Of a stretch of 64,000 bases of DNA, positions 10,876 to 22,684 are shown one piece after another. The translations under genes were made by a program, and so were the position numbers. A model generated the notes under the pieces. That model worked only from the letters and a program-made list of their open reading frames with translations, was not told the origin of the DNA and did no database searches. Location: NCBI GenBank assembly GCA_000091205.1, contig AP006487.2. One strand, given 5' to 3'. The DNA is from Cyanidioschyzon merolae. Its lineage: Eukaryota. Position 1 is the stretch's first letter, and each line of letters starts with the position of its first letter.

Positions 10876-11943
10876 TTCACATCGATGGTGCCTTCACGAT
10901 TACAGGCTCACTCCGATGGACGTGGGCCTCTCGCACGCCAAAGCGAGTATAGTTGGCTCCGAGGCGTACCACGCGTTGAAAGGTTGGTATCGTGCTCAAA
11001 TGAGCGCCCTATTGAACCAGTCCGTCTCTCGTCTATGTCAGAAACGACCGTCCAATGAAGCATTCTAAGACCCCCAGGAGTTTTCTCTGTAAAATCAGCA
11101 CTCGGGAGCGGAATCCTTCGGTGCTGTATGCAGTCCTGACGTGCAGCGCCGCCGCCTGCGACAGATACTGCTGCTGCTGCTGCGCCAGTTTGCATATAAG
11201 CGCGAGGTATTCCACGGAAGGACTGCTTTTCGCTGTTCTTTACCTGTTGATTGTATCGCTGGTATGTGAAAGCGATGGTGCGGCTTCAAAAGCATCGGTG
11301 TGTCTACGGTTTTACGGGGGCAGGGGGTTCCACGCAGTCCAAGCGGCGCTCACAAACGGATCGGCGAGCGCTCTGGGTTCAGCAAGCTCGCGTTTGCTGT
11401 ACAAAAAGAACGCCACTACAAAGCGGTGATCGTATTTCGAGAGAAAGAGGAAGCACCTGGATTCGATGCCGCGACTCGTAACAGTGCACAAGCGTATTTT
11501 GACAATGAAATGAGCATCGTAGATGACAGCATCGACGATATTTCAACGCACCATGGGATTCAGTGTGCAATCGGCGTGCCAAGAGGAGCGCCTAACAAAA
11601 GCATGCATCCACGGAACGTTCGTCAATGGTTGCGAGCACGCGCATAGGCTGCTCATGTGCCCCGAAAGAAGGCACAGGGCTAGAACGTGCAACAGGTGCA
11701 GCGCGAATTTGCCGCTACCCCTCATTCGCAGGAAACGACAAGCGGTGTGTCGGTACCCTGTATCGCACAACGAATACACATTTCGGAAGCAGAACAGGCC
11801 AACATAGCGCCTCTGCTGATGCATCAACAGGATTTGGAGAAAGCAGCACGCTGGCCTTTGTCTCTGAGCCGGGGGCTCACATCCGTATACCCCACCTGTC
11901 GTGCATTCCGCATTAGACACGATCTTGATGCATAGGTGGTGCA

Positions 11944-13008
11944 TCAGGTCTCTGCACCAGCTACTCTCGCAGCGGATGACTCCGCTTTTGCGGAAATTTC
12001 GTCAATGCGCTGGCGAACTTTGCGGAGCAATTCCTCTGCATCTCGAACGTGATACGATGTATCCGAGAGCGGCAGGTGTTTGGGAACAATGTTGCGATCA
12101 AAATAGAGCATACCATCTTCTATGCGACTCCGCGGAACGCACGAGAGCCAGACGATGGTGTCTGCACCCTGATCCGCCGTTCGAAGACTACCTCTGAGGC
12201 GAGCATAGAATCCTGGCATAGCCTCCTGGACAAGGGGCGTTTCTGCCCATCCTGGGTGGCAGGCAACAAAAAGTACTTTGTCCGGTGATACGGTGCGGGC
12301 GTACTGTTCCACAATCGCAACCTGCTGTCGTTTGTTCTTAGCGTACTGGCGAGTGGCATCGAAACGCGCCCGATCACGCCACTCCAGATCTTTCGTCTCC
12401 AATCGTTCGGTCAACATACCGGCGCTCGTTACGAAAATAACTCTATGGTCTCCGCCGTCGCTTTGGAGCATCGACGGAAGCAAGAGGTCTGTGAGAAGCA
12501 CAGGTCCCATGACGTTCGTCGCAAAGTTCACTTCGACGCCCTCGCTGGTCGCCTTCCACGGACTGGTCATCGCGCCTGCATTGTGCACGAGCACGTTCGG
12601 CGCTGGGAAACCGCGTTCCAAATAGTCTTGAACAAACCGTCTGATGCTGTGCGCCTCACTCACGTCCACGACGTGCAGATGAACGCGTTCCGCCGCTGAC
12701 GTCGACACCGAAACCCCTGTAGCGGCACCAGTGCGCTCCGAGAGCTTCTGCACCAGCCGCATCTTGGCGGCTTCACCGCGCTCGCTGTTCCGGCAGAGCA
12801 GGTGCACTGTGGCTCCGCGTAGACCTAACGCCTCCGCAGCACAGTACCCGATACCGGAGTTCGCTCCAGTGATCAGCACGTGCTTGTCGTGCAGATCAAC
12901 CGCCACATCCTCCGCTCGGAAGTATGCTCGCTGGTGCTTTTCGAAGCCACCGCGTGTATACGACCACGAGCCGTGTACCAGGAACTGAACCGCCTTTAGT
13001 GCGTACAT
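11944..13008 (-). CDS. short-chain dehydrogenase/reductase, DHRS12-like
   Basis: The Rossmann motif 'VLITGANSGIGY' and the N-terminus 'MYALKAVQFLVHGSWSYTRGGFEKHQRAYF' are collinear with DHRS12-family starts. The ORF is open upstream to 13419, so an N-terminal extension with a hydrophobic segment (alternative starts at 13092 or 13419) cannot be excluded. Confidence 0.75.
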   Translation of the reverse strand: MYALKAVQFLVHGSWSYTRGGFEKHQRAYFRAEDVAVDLHDKHVLITGANSGIGYCAAEALGLRGATVHLLCRNSERGEAAKMRLVQKLSERTGAATGVSVSTSAAERVHLHVVDVSEAHSIRRFVQDYLERGFPAPNVLVHNAGAMTSPWKATSEGVEVNFATNVMGPVLLTDLLLPSMLQSDGGDHRVIFVTSAGMLTERLETKDLEWRDRARFDATRQYAKNKRQQVAIVEQYARTVSPDKVLFVACHPGWAETPLVQEAMPGFYARLRGSLRTADQGADTIVWLSCVPRSRIEDGMLYFDRNIVPKHLPLSDTSYHVRDAEELLRKVRQRIDEISAKAESSAARVAGAET

Positions 13009-13906
13009 GGCGTTGCGACGAAGGTTTGTGTTCAAAGCGACTCCAGCGAGGGTTGCTAGCGCTACCAGACGAGCACCCCGGGCAAGCACCATAAGCAGAG
13101 CGGGCAATACACACACTCCGTTCAGGGCTGCTGCGGAGGCGCCTGCGGTACTAGACACCGGCTGCCGCAGGGGCGCGCCCGGGCGAACAAGCCGGACACT
13201 GAACCTTGAAAAGGAGCGTGCAGCAGCGGTTAGCTGAGGACGCTCTTCTACAGACGCTTGCTGGATTGATTTGGGAACCGCTTGGTCACTTGCTTGCGCA
13301 GGAGGCGTTGTCGGTTCGTACTGTGGCAGCGTAGCGCGGTGTGGCACAGGACAACGACAACGACTTCGACGACGGAGTCGCGGCGAACACTTGCAGGACG
13401 CAGTGTGTGTCGTTGCCACGAGCGATTAGAGGCTTGCACGAGGCCAGCTGTTTTGCTGGACATAGATTGAACTAGACTGGGTCTGGTTTGTGCGTTGCCA
13501 AAGTTGCGTACACGTTGGCGACGTGCAGCGGCAGTGGTGCCGCAGACCTGGGCTGCCTGTGAGCTTTTGAGAGCACCACCACGCGCTACGCGTTTGACTC
13601 AGGGCAACGCTCTTGTCCGACATTGTCGAGCTAGACTGGAGGCTCGGAGAGAGACTAGAGGACGCCAGCGCGCGGTCGGCGCTCGACGCTGAGCTCTACT
13701 AGAGTACGATAGTGCAGAGCGCAATCGCAAGCACAGCCACCTGCTTTCTCTAGAACCGAGACATAGCAAGGAGAGGTGCAGCGAAACGAATACAAACGTC
13801 GAACACAGGGATCGGCGGACGCAACCTGGGAATTTTTCTGCGACAACTACCAGTCCAGAGCTTGAAATACTGGAGAGAAACTGCTGAGAGTTTTGAATAC
13901 ATCATC
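13009..13906. promoter_or_regulatory. divergent intergenic region shared by the SDR gene (minus) and the ZC3H15-like gene (plus), a putative bidirectional promoter
   Basis: Inferred only from the head-to-head arrangement of the two start codons, 13008 on the minus strand and 13907 on the plus strand. Confidence 0.35.
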
Positions 13907-15040
13907 ATGGCTGGAAAGAAAGCTGCAGCGCCTAAAGGCAAAGCTGCCGAAGAGAAGAAGAAGAAGATCGTAGAGGACAAGACTTTCGGAATGAAAAACA
14001 AGAACAAATCGAAAAAAGTGCAACGCTACGTCGAACAGGTCCAGAAGCAAGCGGAACAAATGGTTGGCGGCTCGCGAAAGGGCTCGCATCAGACCGAGCC
14101 TGCGCAGCGGCAGTCCCGGAAGGCAGCAGAGGCAGCCCGAGCGGCAGAACTGGCTCAGTACTTTCGGCCAGTTCCCGCGGGTCCAAAGGCGCAGCGTCAG
14201 AACGACAAGGTAGATCTCTACACGGATCTCCGGGAGCAGAAAGCAGCAACCTCGAACAGTCAACCAGCTCCGTCAGGAACAGAGATGGCCAGTTGGGATA
14301 TGAAACAGCTGGAGGAGGTCATTCAACAGCGGCACGGATCACAGAATCAACGGAACGCTACGCAAATCGTCTGTCGATATTTTCTAGATGCGCTTGAGGC
14401 TGGTCGATACGGTTGGTTCTGGACGTGTCCAAATGGTGGCGACAAGTGCCCATATCGCCATGCACTGCCTCCTGGTTTCGTTCTGAAGCTGAAAAAGGCG
14501 AATGACGAGGGTGTGAATGATCAGACCGCGGCTTCTGAGGCTGCTGCCCTCGAGGACGAGATTGAGCGAGAGCGCGCACTCATCTCAACCTATACGCCGG
14601 TCACTTTGGAACGATTTCTCGAGTGGAAAGAGCGGAAGCGAAAGGAAAGAGAGGAGCGCGAGCAACGCAAACGGGATCAGGCGCTGAAACGCATGGGCAC
14701 ACAGGGCAATTCGAGTTACGTCAGGCACAAAGTGGCACTGGCGTATGGCCTTTCAGGCCGCGATCTTTTCGAATACCGGCCAGAGCTCTTCGTCGATGAT
14801 GCAAATGCGGATGAGACCAAATACGAAGAACGCAACTATGAATCTAGCTCGGATTCTCTCTCCAATGCGAGCGACGACGAGGCGCTTCAGGAGACAACCG
14901 AGCGGCAAAGAGCAGAGCATACGGATCCCGCTTCCGAGCATCCCCATGATGCGCTCGCTCAACGCATGCAACAGACGCTGACGGTGTCGGAATCGCCACC
15001 GCGGGACGTTGTGGGAGACGCTTCGCTGTTTGGCGGATAG
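13907..15040 (+). CDS. ZC3H15: zinc-finger CCCH domain protein 15 / DRG family regulatory protein 1 (TMA46-like)
   Basis: The start 'MAGKKAAAPKGK' is followed by a Lys-rich N-terminus. The CCCH region 'QIVCRYFLDALEAGRYGWFWTCPNGGDKCPYRHALPPGFVLK' is characteristic of ZC3H15/DFRP1, and the C-terminus is acidic. Confidence 0.8.
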   Translation: MAGKKAAAPKGKAAEEKKKKIVEDKTFGMKNKNKSKKVQRYVEQVQKQAEQMVGGSRKGSHQTEPAQRQSRKAAEAARAAELAQYFRPVPAGPKAQRQNDKVDLYTDLREQKAATSNSQPAPSGTEMASWDMKQLEEVIQQRHGSQNQRNATQIVCRYFLDALEAGRYGWFWTCPNGGDKCPYRHALPPGFVLKLKKANDEGVNDQTAASEAAALEDEIERERALISTYTPVTLERFLEWKERKRKEREEREQRKRDQALKRMGTQGNSSYVRHKVALAYGLSGRDLFEYRPELFVDDANADETKYEERNYESSSDSLSNASDDEALQETTERQRAEHTDPASEHPHDALAQRMQQTLTVSESPPRDVVGDASLFGG

Positions 15041-16629
15041 AGATTCCGTGCTTCAATATGCGGAAGCAGGTATCTCATCGTATGCGCTTTAGAATGCAGG
15101 GCATCGGTGGACGTTCACCTCAGAACGATGTATGCTGGATATTTGTGCCAGGGGCCCGTTTTTGTGACTTTTTCTTGTTCTCACAGGTATTCAAGAAAAG
15201 TAATGTGTCCTGTGAATTGGGGAAAGGTCGCGTAAAGACTGTATGGCGACACTGGTGGATTGCGAACAGGTACCTGACCCCTACCGGTCAGTTGCTCCAC
15301 GATCAGCCGGTGCATGAATCACTCCTCGCGTTGTCCTTCTCATGAACGTGGTGCACCCAAAACGGAACTTGTAAGACTCCATCTTCACGACTCTGTTCTC
15401 ATCAATCCATTTCACACATAGGATCCCTACGAAATACTACCGAGAAAGCAGCAGGGTGCGAGGTTCATTTGAAGTTGATTTGAACGGTGATGAAGATACT
15501 CGGATGGACGCAGAAAAAAAGCACGCCTCGACACGGGTGCGTCGCGCGCGGAACTCGTCATCCTCGAGTCGAATGGAGTCGCGATGGATGATCAGAGGCG
15601 GGGCAGATGTTCATTTCATTCAATGGAACGTCATTGGCGACCAACGAGGGACCTGACTACGGGAACTCAAAGACGCGCAACTCGCTGTTTGTCAGTCAGA
15701 GACAAGCGAGCATGCCGACACTTTTAGCCTTAGCTGCGATGCATCCGGACGCTCGTCTATAAATCACGAAATGGGCATGATCGTTTAACAATCAATACCT
15801 CAGTCGAAGCAGTGTGTGGTTTCGCTTCCCAGATTTCTCTGTCCTGTTCTTGAGCAATGACGATTCGCAACGCTCAGAGGTGGTCGCGGAGGACCCAGCG
15901 GAGACTGGTAGCGAGCGGCTGTTCGGGCCAGCGAATGCTGTCTAGCTCAGTCCAGTCAAAGGCGTAGGCGCTGTCGTCAAAGCGCCTAGTGTTCAGCAGA
16001 GGCACGATTCGCATTCTGGGCATTGTTCAGTTCCTGGATAGCCTGGCGGTCGGAAGGCTCGGTCAGCGATTGCTCGTCCAGACGATAGTATAGACGGGGC
16101 GCTGGTTTGCTGGTAAGCGAGCTCGCCTCCGACCGTAGCATGTGACTCCTGAACGTGATGCCTTTCGGAGCTCGCCCTGCGGCAACGAAGGTCACCTGGT
16201 CGCCAAGCGCTGCTCATGGACATGCCTCTTAGGCTAGACAGCAACAAAAACCCAAGTCTGGGAATTTGCAGCGTGAGCGGACGCCACCAACGCAGTTGAG
16301 GAAGCGGGTACAGCTCTGCTACTGGGGTGCAGGGGAGAAAACATCTCGGACCCTGGTCATGGACAAGGACTCTTCCGCATGTTTCAGCAACATGGCCTTC
16401 AACGGTTGCCTACCAGTTCATCTTGGCCGGCTATGGGAGCATATCTATTTTTAGCATTCGACGGGTCCCGACACCGCACCGTCAGGCCGCAGGAAACGGC
16501 GTATTTCGGATCCACTGCTCCGAACACTGCAGAGTACGTTGCATCGTTGTCTGAAAAAATCGGAACGAGTGCACGGGCATAGCACTGGCATCCACACAAA
16601 AGTTTGGGTCTCTTCCCAGTGCTATCAAC

Positions 16630-17530
16630 ATCAGGTGTTGAGGGCGTTCTCGGCAACCGCACGCTTTCCCTCTCTCTCCGTCTCTCTCGCGCTCTCTCTC
16701 GCTCGCTCTGATCTCCGGCTTCAATGGCGCAGATGGCTCTATTCCATATCGAGTCGTTGTCAGCGGTCGAAGGACGTTGAGGGCAGCTCGTAACTGCCGA
16801 TCTCGCCGCACCCAGCTGTTGTCGACGCATTCAAACTGCAGGCGGACGCTGCGGACCAGGAAGCTCATTCGTAAACAGCCTCGACACGCCTTTTGCACCA
16901 TAGACGCTTGGCTACGGTCACGTGTTCCCATGCGTTCACCGCACACCCGCATCCAACTCCTCGTCTGGCTCCTGCATTGCCTCCGCCTCCTCCGCCTTCC
17001 AGCGTCATCCAGTGGTGCCTGAACGCATGCTTCATCGCTCGATACATGACGCTGACCAGTTACCGACGTCTACCACGAATGTCATGCCTCATTATCGCGC
17101 TCGATGGCATACCCGACGAATCACGAGCATCTTCGGGGTGATCCGCTCCGCTCGTTTCTTGTGAGATGCAAGCGCAAGCACGCGCTGTTGTATTCGATAG
17201 AGGATTTGCAAAGCGCGATCTTGTCAATGGTAAAACAAGTACAACAAGCGAAATCCAGGCTGGAAAAGGCGTCGAAAAACTTCCAATCAATCTATGCTCC
17301 ATTCGTGCAAAGCGGTACCGCGCTCCCCAATGAAGTTGATCCCTGCATCGCCTCCGGTCCGGGTATAAGACCATTTTCCATGCTAACAGAGGAGATGGGA
17401 GCCTCTGGCACCATATCCGCTCAAAAGCGTGCTGCTGCTGCTGCTGCTGCTGTAGAATGTTGTCTCGTCCATGCTCATAGAGAAAGACGATTTTCTGTAT
17501 CGAAAGGAATCGATTATTTGACGCGCAAAC
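16630..17530. repeat. dispersed composite repeat, locus R1 (module B plus a diverged junction plus module C)
   Basis: About 16650-17275 is about 97% identical to 22700-23330, including a (CT)n-rich stretch. 17380-17480 shares module C ('ttttccatgcta...gctgtagaatg..cgtct.gtc.atg') with 26670-26790 and 37385-37445. Confidence 0.85.
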
Positions 17531-17538
17531 TATACTGA
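17104..17538 (+). CDS. hypothetical 144-aa protein encoded across the B/C modules of the repeat family
   Basis: This is an intact ORF. Its C-terminal half ('LEKASKNFQSIYAPF...PFSMLTEEMGASGT...AVECCLVHAH') is conserved at protein level, with indels, against the ORF 26545-26790 ('LEKFRFLYATSM...PFSMLNEAMGAAGT...AVEWRLVDEH'). Confidence 0.3.
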   Translation: MAYPTNHEHLRGDPLRSFLVRCKRKHALLYSIEDLQSAILSMVKQVQQAKSRLEKASKNFQSIYAPFVQSGTALPNEVDPCIASGPGIRPFSMLTEEMGASGTISAQKRAAAAAAAVECCLVHAHRERRFSVSKGIDYLTRKLY

Positions 17539-18699
17539 TTTTTCTGCATGAGCTCGTGAAAAAAGCCGTCAATGGATGAGGTCGAGCCCTTTTTCTCCGA
17601 AATCATAATACACAAAATGCTGCGCACACACGAGTTGCAACAGAAACATCCAATGTTAAGCAATATGTAGTTCGAGCATGCTACACGTAAGAAAAGGAGA
17701 AACGCGGATACTCGTACGTATCCATTGCATGATGATATCCACTACTGAACGAACCCTCGTTCTAGAGCGTCGCCAGCCATCCTGACTCAGATGACGTTAC
17801 AAAAAATCCTGCAGCAAAGCGTCCGCGGCGCGACTCCGAACAGGCTCCTGAGAATCCTAAAACTGCACATGAACACGTAAGCCCTTTTTCCTGCAGTTCG
17901 AATGTCGGCGTTGTACATCTTATAATGGTTCGAAAAATCGAAAGGCAGGCAGAAGCCAGCAGTTCTGTGCTCTATTTTTATTTGGCGCGGATGTCGAGCG
18001 CATGGCAACCAGCGACGCATGACGTCTGCCGCGGGATCGAGGACCCTATCCGAAGAACCCCAGTTGCGCAGATCTAGTGGGCAGTTAGGAGCAAACGACC
18101 GCCGTTCCCTTCTAGATTCCTCCATTCTTTCAAAGCTGTCCAGACGAGCCTAGCCGATGCCAAGAGAGGCTTGAGCGATCCACAACAACCATGCGGATAC
18201 CGCGGACGCCTTGCGAGGCCGTGACGGTGCCGCTACGCCTCAGCGGACTTCGACTAGAGACGAGGTTCGTTCAACAGGGAGATTCGGAGCTCGTCGTCGG
18301 CTTCGGACGCCAACTGGCATTACTGACAGCTTCGCTGCATGCAGCAGCGCGGACGGCCACACGAGAGGAACGCAGTGACCACAGCAAAACGGAGGCGCTG
18401 AGCACAGTCCGCCCCCGTTCACAGTCGCAGGAACATGTGTACAACGCTGTGGAGCGGCGCGAGCGACGCAGCGGCACGCACCACTGCGCAAGTACGCTGA
18501 CCACTGTACAGACTGATGGGTACACTTCACAAAAACTCTCTGCATCGAATGTAGCGTCGTCCAAGTCTCGAAAATACTACCAAATACCGCCTCTATCCGA
18601 TGGAAAACCAGGAGTGGTGTTGTTGGTACCCAGAGGACGCTGGAGCGGAGCATGCCACGCTTCCTCGGGTAGCGGGAGCCCCGTGTCACGCCCCTAGCA

Positions 18700-18860
18700 T
18701 ATGCAATATCCATGCATGAATGCTTGGATGCACGGATGCATGAATGCTTGGATGCACGGATGCTTGGATGCTTGGATGCACGGATGCTTGCATGCACGGA
18801 TGCACGGATGCTTGGATGCACGGATGCTTGGATGCACGGATGCTTGCATGCACGGATGCA
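18700..18860. repeat. 8-bp minisatellite (GGATGCWY)n, about 19 units
   Basis: direct reading of 'ggatgcttggatgcacggatgcatgaatgctt...'; it lies about 320 bp upstream of the dynamin start codon. Confidence 0.9.
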
Positions 18861-19180
18861 TCACCGATCATCAAAAAAAACCACCACAGCACCAGAAGCT
18901 AAGGCATCGATGAAATCGGACACGCTGGCACTGGACCTGCGCGCCATCGGAGCGCGCTGCTGTCCGTGGGCGCCACCGGCGCCATGCGCGCGTGCACGGA
19001 TCGCAGTGTGCCTTCGAAAGCGTTCGATGCAGGGCAGCGATCGCGCTGGTGTCCGCTTTAATGCTGTGTCCAGAATGTCCGAAACGGACGGTACGCCACC
19101 GTTCCCGGTGCTGCACGAAACGTTGACAACGAGGCTTGGCGCTCTGGGTACGCGTTGCTCGGGCGAACGCGACAGGCTTC

Positions 19181-21487
19181 ATGGAGCGCCTAATACCTAT
19201 CGTAAACAAACTTCAAGACCTCTTCGCCGAGACTGGGTTAGACAGCCCAATCGACCTGCCACAGATTATGGTGGTGGGCGCCCAGTCCTCGGGAAAGTCG
19301 AGCGTATTGGAGAACGTTGTAGGAGAGTCCATTTTTCCGCGTGGTACGGGTATTGTAACGCGCCGCCCCATCGTTGTTCAGCTTTACTGCACAGCGAGGG
19401 AGCGGTTGAATCAGTCGGGAGCCCCGGATAACATGTTTAACGAGGACGGAAGCTATGTGCTGTCGGATGGAGCGCCAACGGACCCCCGGTCGATTCCGCC
19501 GGGCGCGGAGAACCAGGCATATGCAGAGTTTCTGCACAAGCCCGGTGTGCGCTTCTACAACTTTGACGACGTGCGCGCAGAAATAGAACGAGAGACAGAT
19601 CGCGTTACTGGAAAAAACAAGGGAATAAGCCCGAAAGCGATCAACCTGCGGGTGTACTCACCGCACGTGGTGAACCTCACCGTCGTCGACCTGCCCGGAC
19701 TCACCAAGGTCCCGGTCGGAGACCAGCCGTCGGATATCGAGCGTCTCATTCGCGCTATGGTTTTGTCGTACATAGAGCGTCCCAACGCGATTATATTGGC
19801 TGTGCACCCGGCTACAATGGATCTCGCTACGAGCGATGCGTTGCAGATAGCGCGCCAGGCGGACCCAGAGGGGCGACGCACGCTGGGTGTCATCACCAAG
19901 CTCGACCTGATGGACAAAGGAACGGATGCCATGGAGATGCTGACCGGGAAGGTTATCCCTCTGAAACTGGGTTACATTGGGGTAATCTGTCGTGGGCCCG
20001 CAGACCTGCGAGCTGGTAAATCTATTCAACAGGCGCGAGAGGATGAAATCCGTTTCTTCCGCTCCCATCCGGTGTACAGACGTCTGCTGCCACAGCTGGG
20101 AACGAATACGTTAGCACGAACACTGTCAACGCTTCTTATGAAGCACATTCGTGACACGCTGCCGAGCATACGCCAGAAAATGTCGCAGCAGCTAGCAGAG
20201 TGGCGCAAGGAATTGCAGACGCTGGGACCTGCGTTTGAGGGCGCTGACGATCTCGGTGGCGCCCTCCTCAATGTTATCAATAGATACTCGTCGGAGTTTG
20301 CAAAATCGCTGGAGGGCAACTCACAGCAGACGGTGAATACCCAGGAGCTTTATGGCGGTGCGCGCATCAATTACATCTTCAACGACATTTACGCGAAGGA
20401 GCTGCAGTCGATGAATGCGTTCGAAGGCCTCACTCGCGAGGATATCCGCACAGCAATCCGCAACGCGACAGGTCATCGCAGCCCGCTTTTCGTACCAGAG
20501 CTCGCTTTTGAGCTGCTCGTCAAGAAACAAATTACCCACTTTGTCCCGCCGGCCTACTCCTGCGTTGACTTGGTCTACGACGAACTCGTGCGTCTCGCGC
20601 TGAACTGTGAAACAGAGTTGCTGCAACGCTATGAGAATCTGCGCTCCGAAATCTTGGCTTGCGCGCAAAACCTGTTACGCGAGTTGAAACAACCGTGTCT
20701 GGAGATGGTTCAAAACCTCATCGCCATGGAGACATCCTACATTTCCGTGAATCACAAGGATTTCATCGGCGGCAACAAAGCAATGAGTCAGCTTGTGCGC
20801 GCTCGCATGGAAGAGGAAGAGCGCCGAACTAGATCCGCGAAAGCTGCGAACAGTACGGACAACGCCGCGAATAGTGCACCGAAAGAGAGCAACGCAAACG
20901 ACAATCGCATTCTTCAACCTCGCCGGCGAAACCAGGACGAAAATGCGAAGAAGAACGACGATGCCCGTCGCAAGGATGACAAGTCGCCGAACAAGACCGA
21001 TGCGTCGAACGCCGAGAAGGACGCGCGCTCTGACCGGAACCCGCGCGGTGACCCAACGATGGACAACTTTTTCAATGAGGCGGACGAGGACGAGGAAGAC
21101 GGCAACGAACGCCGGAACCGAGGCTTACACACGCTCCCGTCGGTGCCGGAACACCTCAAAGCAGGCGAAGTATCGAGCGACCGCGATCGGGATGATATCG
21201 AGCTCATCCAGACGCTTCTTGCGAGTTACTTCGATGTTGTGCGGGTCAATATGATGGATATGGTACCAAAGGCAATCATGAGCTTCCTGGTGCTCCGCGC
21301 CCGCGACCGGATGCAGTCGCGTCTGGTCGCTGATCTCTACAAACCCGAACGTATGAGCGAACTGCTCAACGAGTCAAGCGACGTAGCGGAGCGACGTGCA
21401 ACCGCAAAACGAATGGTGGACCTTCTCCAGCGCGGTATGGCGGTGATTAACGAGGTTCGAGACGTTCACGTCAAAGAGGAGATTTAG
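19181..21487 (+). CDS. dynamin-related GTPase (Dnm1/Drp1/Vps1-like)
   Basis: 'MERLIPIVNKLQDLF...LPQIMVVGAQSSGKSSVLENVVG...VTRRPIVVQL', 'DLPGLTKVPVGDQP' and 'TKLDLMDKGTD' are present, and there is a C-terminal GED. A low-complexity K/D/N/R-rich insert occupies the insert-B position. Confidence 0.9.
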   Translation: MERLIPIVNKLQDLFAETGLDSPIDLPQIMVVGAQSSGKSSVLENVVGESIFPRGTGIVTRRPIVVQLYCTARERLNQSGAPDNMFNEDGSYVLSDGAPTDPRSIPPGAENQAYAEFLHKPGVRFYNFDDVRAEIERETDRVTGKNKGISPKAINLRVYSPHVVNLTVVDLPGLTKVPVGDQPSDIERLIRAMVLSYIERPNAIILAVHPATMDLATSDALQIARQADPEGRRTLGVITKLDLMDKGTDAMEMLTGKVIPLKLGYIGVICRGPADLRAGKSIQQAREDEIRFFRSHPVYRRLLPQLGTNTLARTLSTLLMKHIRDTLPSIRQKMSQQLAEWRKELQTLGPAFEGADDLGGALLNVINRYSSEFAKSLEGNSQQTVNTQELYGGARINYIFNDIYAKELQSMNAFEGLTREDIRTAIRNATGHRSPLFVPELAFELLVKKQITHFVPPAYSCVDLVYDELVRLALNCETELLQRYENLRSEILACAQNLLRELKQPCLEMVQNLIAMETSYISVNHKDFIGGNKAMSQLVRARMEEEERRTRSAKAANSTDNAANSAPKESNANDNRILQPRRRNQDENAKKNDDARRKDDKSPNKTDASNAEKDARSDRNPRGDPTMDNFFNEADEDEEDGNERRNRGLHTLPSVPEHLKAGEVSSDRDRDDIELIQTLLASYFDVVRVNMMDMVPKAIMSFLVLRARDRMQSRLVADLYKPERMSELLNESSDVAERRATAKRMVDLLQRGMAVINEVRDVHVKEEI

Positions 21488-22684
21488 TGCGCGTTCGTCA
21501 CATATTCGAACGATTGTAAACCAGTTTTGCCTCAGGCATCCGGGAGCAGGATCTCAGCACAGCGTTCTGGACGATGCTGGTCGCGTTTTGCGAAAAGCGT
21601 ATCCGCTGCAGCGAACGACTGCGAACGGCTCATGGATGCGTACGGTCATGCACGGGGGGCGCCCACAACGACACCCGCTCAGTGGTTTCGGGAAGGTGTT
21701 CTTGTTTTTTTCGTCTCCGAGTTTTGCGTTCGCACCGGGGCTGTCGACGCCACTGGGAGCATCCACGGCAGACTCGGCGCACGATGGAACATGAGAAACG
21801 CCCAGTATCTCCGAAGGGACCAGGGTTGATGGAATTCGGCAGTATGCCATGGAATGATGGACGCTTTCTCGGTCGCTTATAGCAAGCGTGCTACCCTCTT
21901 TCGTATATAGATTCGGTGGATCGAAAAGGCAGCTGCTCCTTGCACGCGTTCTACGATGACCGCGACGCTGGCAGGGCAGGTAACGCTCCCCGTATGCGTT
22001 CTAGCGGGTTGGCGTCGAGTGCACAGCGGCCCAGCGCTCGCCATCGTTATCCGAACGATATAGACGGGGTTCCAGACCGTACCCAGCGCTGAAGCAGATA
22101 CATGTGCGCCCCAGATATCGCCGCATCTCTGCAGCAACACCGACAAGCACCGCGTTGGCATGAGCGCTGGCCACCATCGGTAGTTGAGCACGCCCGGCAA
22201 TGCCGTGCACGCTGCTCCGGGCCGGAGCAAACCACGTGTTGTGTTTCGGACGCAAGACTCCTGGTCGATTGCTGCAAGTACGCTGATTCGATGCGTGTTT
22301 GCATGAGTTCAGTCGAGCGATATGGACAGGGGCGAGCTGCTGTGCCTTGTGCTGAATGCGGAGCATGCCCATCGCCTGGAACGGTGAATGTCGTTGCCGG
22401 TATGGATACCAGCGAGCTACCGTAACTGAGGATACCGGGAGCTCAGATCCATATAAGCCAAATCAGGTACATAGTGGTGTTGGTGGATGATATCAGCGGT
22501 AGCAGCGTCTTCTTAGAAAACAGGTATCTGCTGAAACAACAAGCGTTCTCTTGAACACGGCCGCACCGCCTGACGAGCGCTTGTCTCATTGCCTCAATAC
22601 ACGTGTTCGCGTAAAATGCAGCATGATGACTGACAATGGCGTATATGCTCAAAATTCGGCAGCTTTTCGAACGATTATGAGTAC

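Noticed and set aside
18712-19431. 239-aa ORF ('MHECLDARMHECLDARM...') and the antisense 193-aa ORF spanning the 8-bp minisatellite
   Set aside because: The repetitive peptide is a by-product of an 8-bp period, which is not a multiple of 3 and so changes frame every unit. No family similarity, and the ORFs overlap the dynamin promoter.
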